Positions 38,319 through 41,820 of a stretch of DNA of 41,820 bases are shown here, piece after piece; within the stretch, counting starts at the first letter, position 1, and each line of letters begins with the position of its first letter. The translations under genes and the position numbers were made by a program. This stretch comes from Candidatus Sumerlaeaceae bacterium (GTDB lineage: Bacteria > Sumerlaeota > Sumerlaeia > Sumerlaeales > Sumerlaeaceae), in NCBI GenBank assembly GCA_049968255.1, contig JBMFRB010000010.1:8077-49896 (forward strand), in the 5' to 3' direction. The notes beneath the pieces were generated by a model. It made no database searches, was not told where the DNA came from, and saw nothing but the letters and a program-made list of their open reading frames with translations.

Positions 38319-39662
38319 ATGAAACCTGAAATTCTTCACAGGCACTTGCCCATCGTGGCAATCGTCGGCCGCCCCAACGTGGGCAAATCCACGTTGTTCA
38401 ATCGCATGACGGGCCGCCGCAAGGCTGTGGTGCTCGACACGCCCGGCGTCACGCGCGACCGCAATTACCACGTGGCGGAGTGGAACGGCACGCGGATGTT
38501 GGTCGTGGACACAGGTGGCTACGAGAGCGAGCCAAGCCACGCGCTGAGCCAAGCCATGCGCGAGCAAACGCAGTTGGCCATTGATGAGGCCGATGTCATT
38601 ATTCACGTGGTGGACGCCGAAGAGCCGCTGAATCCGACGGACCACGAGATTGCGGATTTGCTGCGCAAGGCAGGCAAGCCTGTGTTTTGCGCGGTAAACA
38701 AATGCGACAACGAAGCTCGGCGGCTGAGTGCTGTGGCGGAATTTGCGGCGCTAGGCACGGAGGTCTATCCGATGAGCGCCCTGCACGGCCTACGCATCGG
38801 CGAGTTGCTGGATGCGGTGACGGCGGCGCTGCCGAAGCGCCCTCAAGAGCAGGAAGCGGAGCTTTCGCAACACGAAGGGATCCGCGTGGCGGTGGTCGGC
38901 CGACCCAATGTCGGCAAAAGTACCCTTGTGAACAAGATTCTCGGATTCGAGCGGGTTATTGCGAGCCCTGTTCCTGGCACGACACGCGATCCTGTGGACA
39001 CAACCTTTACGTATGACGGCAAAGTCTATACCCTTATTGACACGGCTGGCATTCGGCGACGGGGAAAAATCGAACGCGGTTGCGAGAACCTTTCCGTCCT
39101 TGCGGCCCTCATGAGCCTCGAACGCTGCGATGTGGCTCTGCTTGTCGTCGATGCGACGGAGGGTCTTACGGATCAGGATGCGCACGTGGCCGGCTACGCC
39201 GTGGATGCAGGCTGTGGGTGCATTATTGTTGTGAACAAGTGGGATGCCGTGGAGAAGGACGAAAAAACGGCAGGTGCCTTTGTGAAAGCGCTGCGTGCAC
39301 AATGGGGATTTCTCAAGCATGCACCTGTGGTGCATGTGTCGGCTCTGACTGGGCTGCGCGTGCCGCGGATCTTCGAGCTCGTGGACAAGGTCTTTGCGGA
39401 ATATACCAAGCGCATCGACACGAACGAGCTCAACGAGTGGCTCCAGCAGAGCTTGGCAAGGCAGTCGCCACCGATTCACAAGGGGCGTCAGCTCAAGATC
39501 AAATATGTTACGCAGACGGGGACAAGGCCTCCGACCGTGACGTTTTTTGTCAACGATCCGGAGCTTGTCTACTATTCGTACGAGCGCTATCTGGCGAATC
39601 GGTTGCGAGAACGGTTCGGTTTTGAGGGCGTGCCGGTTCGGCTGCGATTTCGAGAGAAATAA
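38319..39662 (+). CDS. der: Ribosome biogenesis double GTPase Der (EngA)
   Basis: Two GRPNVGKS G1 motifs, PGVTRD/PGTTRD, DTGG/DTAG, NKCD/NKWD, C-terminal KH-like domain. Confidence 0.97.
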   Translation: MKPEILHRHLPIVAIVGRPNVGKSTLFNRMTGRRKAVVLDTPGVTRDRNYHVAEWNGTRMLVVDTGGYESEPSHALSQAMREQTQLAIDEADVIIHVVDAEEPLNPTDHEIADLLRKAGKPVFCAVNKCDNEARRLSAVAEFAALGTEVYPMSALHGLRIGELLDAVTAALPKRPQEQEAELSQHEGIRVAVVGRPNVGKSTLVNKILGFERVIASPVPGTTRDPVDTTFTYDGKVYTLIDTAGIRRRGKIERGCENLSVLAALMSLERCDVALLVVDATEGLTDQDAHVAGYAVDAGCGCIIVVNKWDAVEKDEKTAGAFVKALRAQWGFLKHAPVVHVSALTGLRVPRIFELVDKVFAEYTKRIDTNELNEWLQQSLARQSPPIHKGRQLKIKYVTQTGTRPPTVTFFVNDPELVYYSYERYLANRLRERFGFEGVPVRLRFREK

Positions 39663-39881
39663 CAGATGTGGCCCAAACGTGTGGATGTTAGCAAGCGTTC
39701 TTATCTATTAAATTAACTTGTCTTTCTTAACTTTTTCGTAACATGCGAGAGAAGGTGGCGGGGCCTGTCTTTTTTGCTTCCGCTTTGCAAGGAGGAGAAA
39801 GGTGTCAGCCTTTCTATGTCTGTTTTTGGCGTGAGCGGCAGGGGCGGGCTACCGCAGAAAGCCTGCATAGGCGAGGGCTTT

Positions 39882-41327
39882 TTACGCGTGGCGCCGGGTG
39901 GGGCCACTGACAAGGTCGAAAGCCGTGCAGAAGGCCGCGTAGAACTCGCGGATGACATGGGCCTCGAATTCAGAGCAGAAACCTTCGTGCACGCCGCGTT
40001 GCACTTCGTCGAACATCGACACGAGATGCGCTTGGAGAGTTTCGAGTTCTTCACGCGAGTACTGGGTGAGGGTTTTACGGAAGTAATCTACACGGGGATC
40101 ACTGGGCTCAAGCTTTGGCAGCTCTACGGGCGCGGGGTGGGGCGTGCCCCCCGTGACGTGTCCGAAGGTGCCCTGAAGGATTGTTCCGCGCATGGCGGCT
40201 GCAGGCGTCTGTCCCTGCGGTTCAGGTTGTTGCAGCTCTGGCTGGGTCACCGGCGCTTTGCGCGGTGCGGGCTGGCCAGCAGCGTCTTCGAGATCTTCCA
40301 CCCCCACGGAGCGTTTCAACTCTCGGAGCCATTGTTCGTACTCGAGTTCACGTTCGTCTTTGATTTCGCCGAGTTGCGCCTGAAGTTCCAGGGCTTTTTC
40401 GACGCGCTCACGAAGGTCCTTGAGAGTCTGGTCGCCGGGCACATGACGCAGGCCAAGGTCGATGGTTATTTTGGCCCGGCGCAGGTTATTCTCACGGATG
40501 TAGTGGCGTGCGGCGGTTGTCAGCTCGTCAATCGCTTCGATGGTTTTGCCTTGCCGCAGGTAAACCTCGCCGAGGATGCGATGGGCGTCAGGATACGTCG
40601 GCGCCAGATCGAGGATACGCTTTGTGACCTCGACGGCATCGCGCAAGCGTCCTTTTCGGATGTGGCGGTCTACAACCCATTTGAGCTGCTCGACGGCGTC
40701 CTGCTCGCGGTTCAGGCGTGAGTAGAGGTACGCGAGCTCGGTTCGCACCTTGATGTCGTCGGGCCGGATCACCATGAGCGACCCGTAAATCTGCACCATC
40801 CCATCATAGTCGCCGCGCAAGCCAAGCTGTTCCGCGGCGGCCAGGTATTCGCGATAACCGTTTTCTTTGTCGCCGAGCTCTAGATAGAGAGCGGCGAGGC
40901 GGCAGCGCGTGGTGGGATTTGTGGGGTCGAGGCGCACTGCCTTTTGCAGCAGAGGAAGGGCGTCCGTGTAGCGCCCCTCCACAATGAGGCGTTCTGCTCG
41001 CTCGACAAATTCTGTCGGGGTGGCGCCTTCATTGAGAATGCGCGACATGGCTTCGCTGACGTCGCACCCCATGTAAGCAGCGTAAAATTCTAGGAGATTC
41101 CCGCCCTTATGACCTTCGCAGTTGGTAAACTGGCATTTGAAAGTATTGGTATCCGTGTAGATCACGAGGGAGCGGCGGATCTGATCCTTGTGCAACGGGC
41201 AAAAGAGACGGATGGTATTGCCCTCGCGATAAAGCGCATTTTCATGGAAGCCCATTTTTAGCAGCAGCTGCCATGCGTCGAGGGAACTGTTGAATTCTTT
41301 CTCTTCTTTTGAGAAAAAATAGTTCAC
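39882..41327 (-). CDS. CHC2 zinc finger plus TPR repeat protein
   Basis: CPLH...FKCQFTNC...GGNLLEF...SEAM followed by TPR helices (ALPLLQKAVRLDPTN; ILDLAPTYPDAHRILGEVYLRQG). Confidence 0.8.
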   Translation of the reverse strand: MNYFFSKEEKEFNSSLDAWQLLLKMGFHENALYREGNTIRLFCPLHKDQIRRSLVIYTDTNTFKCQFTNCEGHKGGNLLEFYAAYMGCDVSEAMSRILNEGATPTEFVERAERLIVEGRYTDALPLLQKAVRLDPTNPTTRCRLAALYLELGDKENGYREYLAAAEQLGLRGDYDGMVQIYGSLMVIRPDDIKVRTELAYLYSRLNREQDAVEQLKWVVDRHIRKGRLRDAVEVTKRILDLAPTYPDAHRILGEVYLRQGKTIEAIDELTTAARHYIRENNLRRAKITIDLGLRHVPGDQTLKDLRERVEKALELQAQLGEIKDERELEYEQWLRELKRSVGVEDLEDAAGQPAPRKAPVTQPELQQPEPQGQTPAAAMRGTILQGTFGHVTGGTPHPAPVELPKLEPSDPRVDYFRKTLTQYSREELETLQAHLVSMFDEVQRGVHEGFCSEFEAHVIREFYAAFCTAFDLVSGPTRRHA

Positions 41328-41407
41328 AATCTCACCGTCTCGCTAAAAAGTAACGCTCTCGTGAACTTCTATTGCACATGGCCCCGTCATGTGTAAAGGA
41401 TTTTGAT

Positions 41408-41820
41408 ATGATTGGCATATTCGCATGCAATAGAGAACTTTGTCCGCGCAAGGTTGCGCTCAGGTTGATGACGATCGTTGGGGGCTTGCTGTGGCTTGCG
41501 TCTCCGCCTCGCCTTTACGCGGTGCCGCGCGATAGAGTGCTGCATCGCGATGGCACGAAGGTGGAGGGAACAATCGTCGACGAAACGGCGGAAGTGATCG
41601 TTGTGGATACCAACAAGTACGGGAGACTGTATTTCCGAAAGCGTGACCTCGTGAAGGTGGAGCGTGGGGTAGATCCGGATGCGCAGCAAACAACTGCTCC
41701 GCGCGAGACCCCAATCTACGATTATCGTGTTTATATTCCCGAGGGGCCGGTTGATCCAGAGCGCCCAGCACGGCCCATATTTATCGCAGAGTTGATTCGA
41801 CGAGGATTGACGCCGCCTCC
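41408..41820 (+). CDS. Probable secreted hypothetical protein (partial, runs off the window)
   Basis: Hand translation, open to the window end: MIGIFAC...LMTIVGGLLWLASPPRLYA|VPRDRVLHRDGTKVEGTIVDETAEVIVVDTNKYGRLYFRKRDLVKVERG... Alternative start at ATG 41468. Confidence 0.7.
   Translation, partial: MIGIFACNRELCPRKVALRLMTIVGGLLWLASPPRLYAVPRDRVLHRDGTKVEGTIVDETAEVIVVDTNKYGRLYFRKRDLVKVERGVDPDAQQTTAPRETPIYDYRVYIPEGPVDPERPARPIFIAELIRRGLTPP

Overview
A GC-rich (roughly 60% by eye) bacterial chromosomal segment, densely coding, with about 30 CDS. No rRNA, tRNA, CRISPR array, IS or prophage was recognisable. Housekeeping genes: pyrK, ilvA, mgtA, a CcdA/DsbD-type redox protein, clpB, der. Envelope and glycan genes: rmlD, a GT-C glycosyltransferase, Wzt, a methyltransferase, a WcaJ/WbaP-type transferase and a GHL10-like protein. 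There is also an RND efflux pair and several secreted or lipoprotein hypotheticals. The pilin-like protein style (AFTLIELL...YDPTNGTVSNGDI) and a C-terminal PVxxSxxxxE tail suggest Sumerlaeota (candidate phylum BRC1); this is inference from memory, not a search result. The most interesting leads are: (i) mgtA tightly coupled to a PTS EIIA-like protein with an unexplained C-terminal domain; (ii) a primase-type CHC2 zinc finger fused to TPRs with no TOPRIM domain; (iii) a secreted FlgD-Ig/beta-propeller protein ending in a candidate sorting motif; (iv) an RND permease that appears to start at ATT; (v) several apparently degenerate enzymes; (vi) a 12-bp perfect inverted repeat between mgtA and the divergent gene. 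All family calls come from motif recognition by eye.
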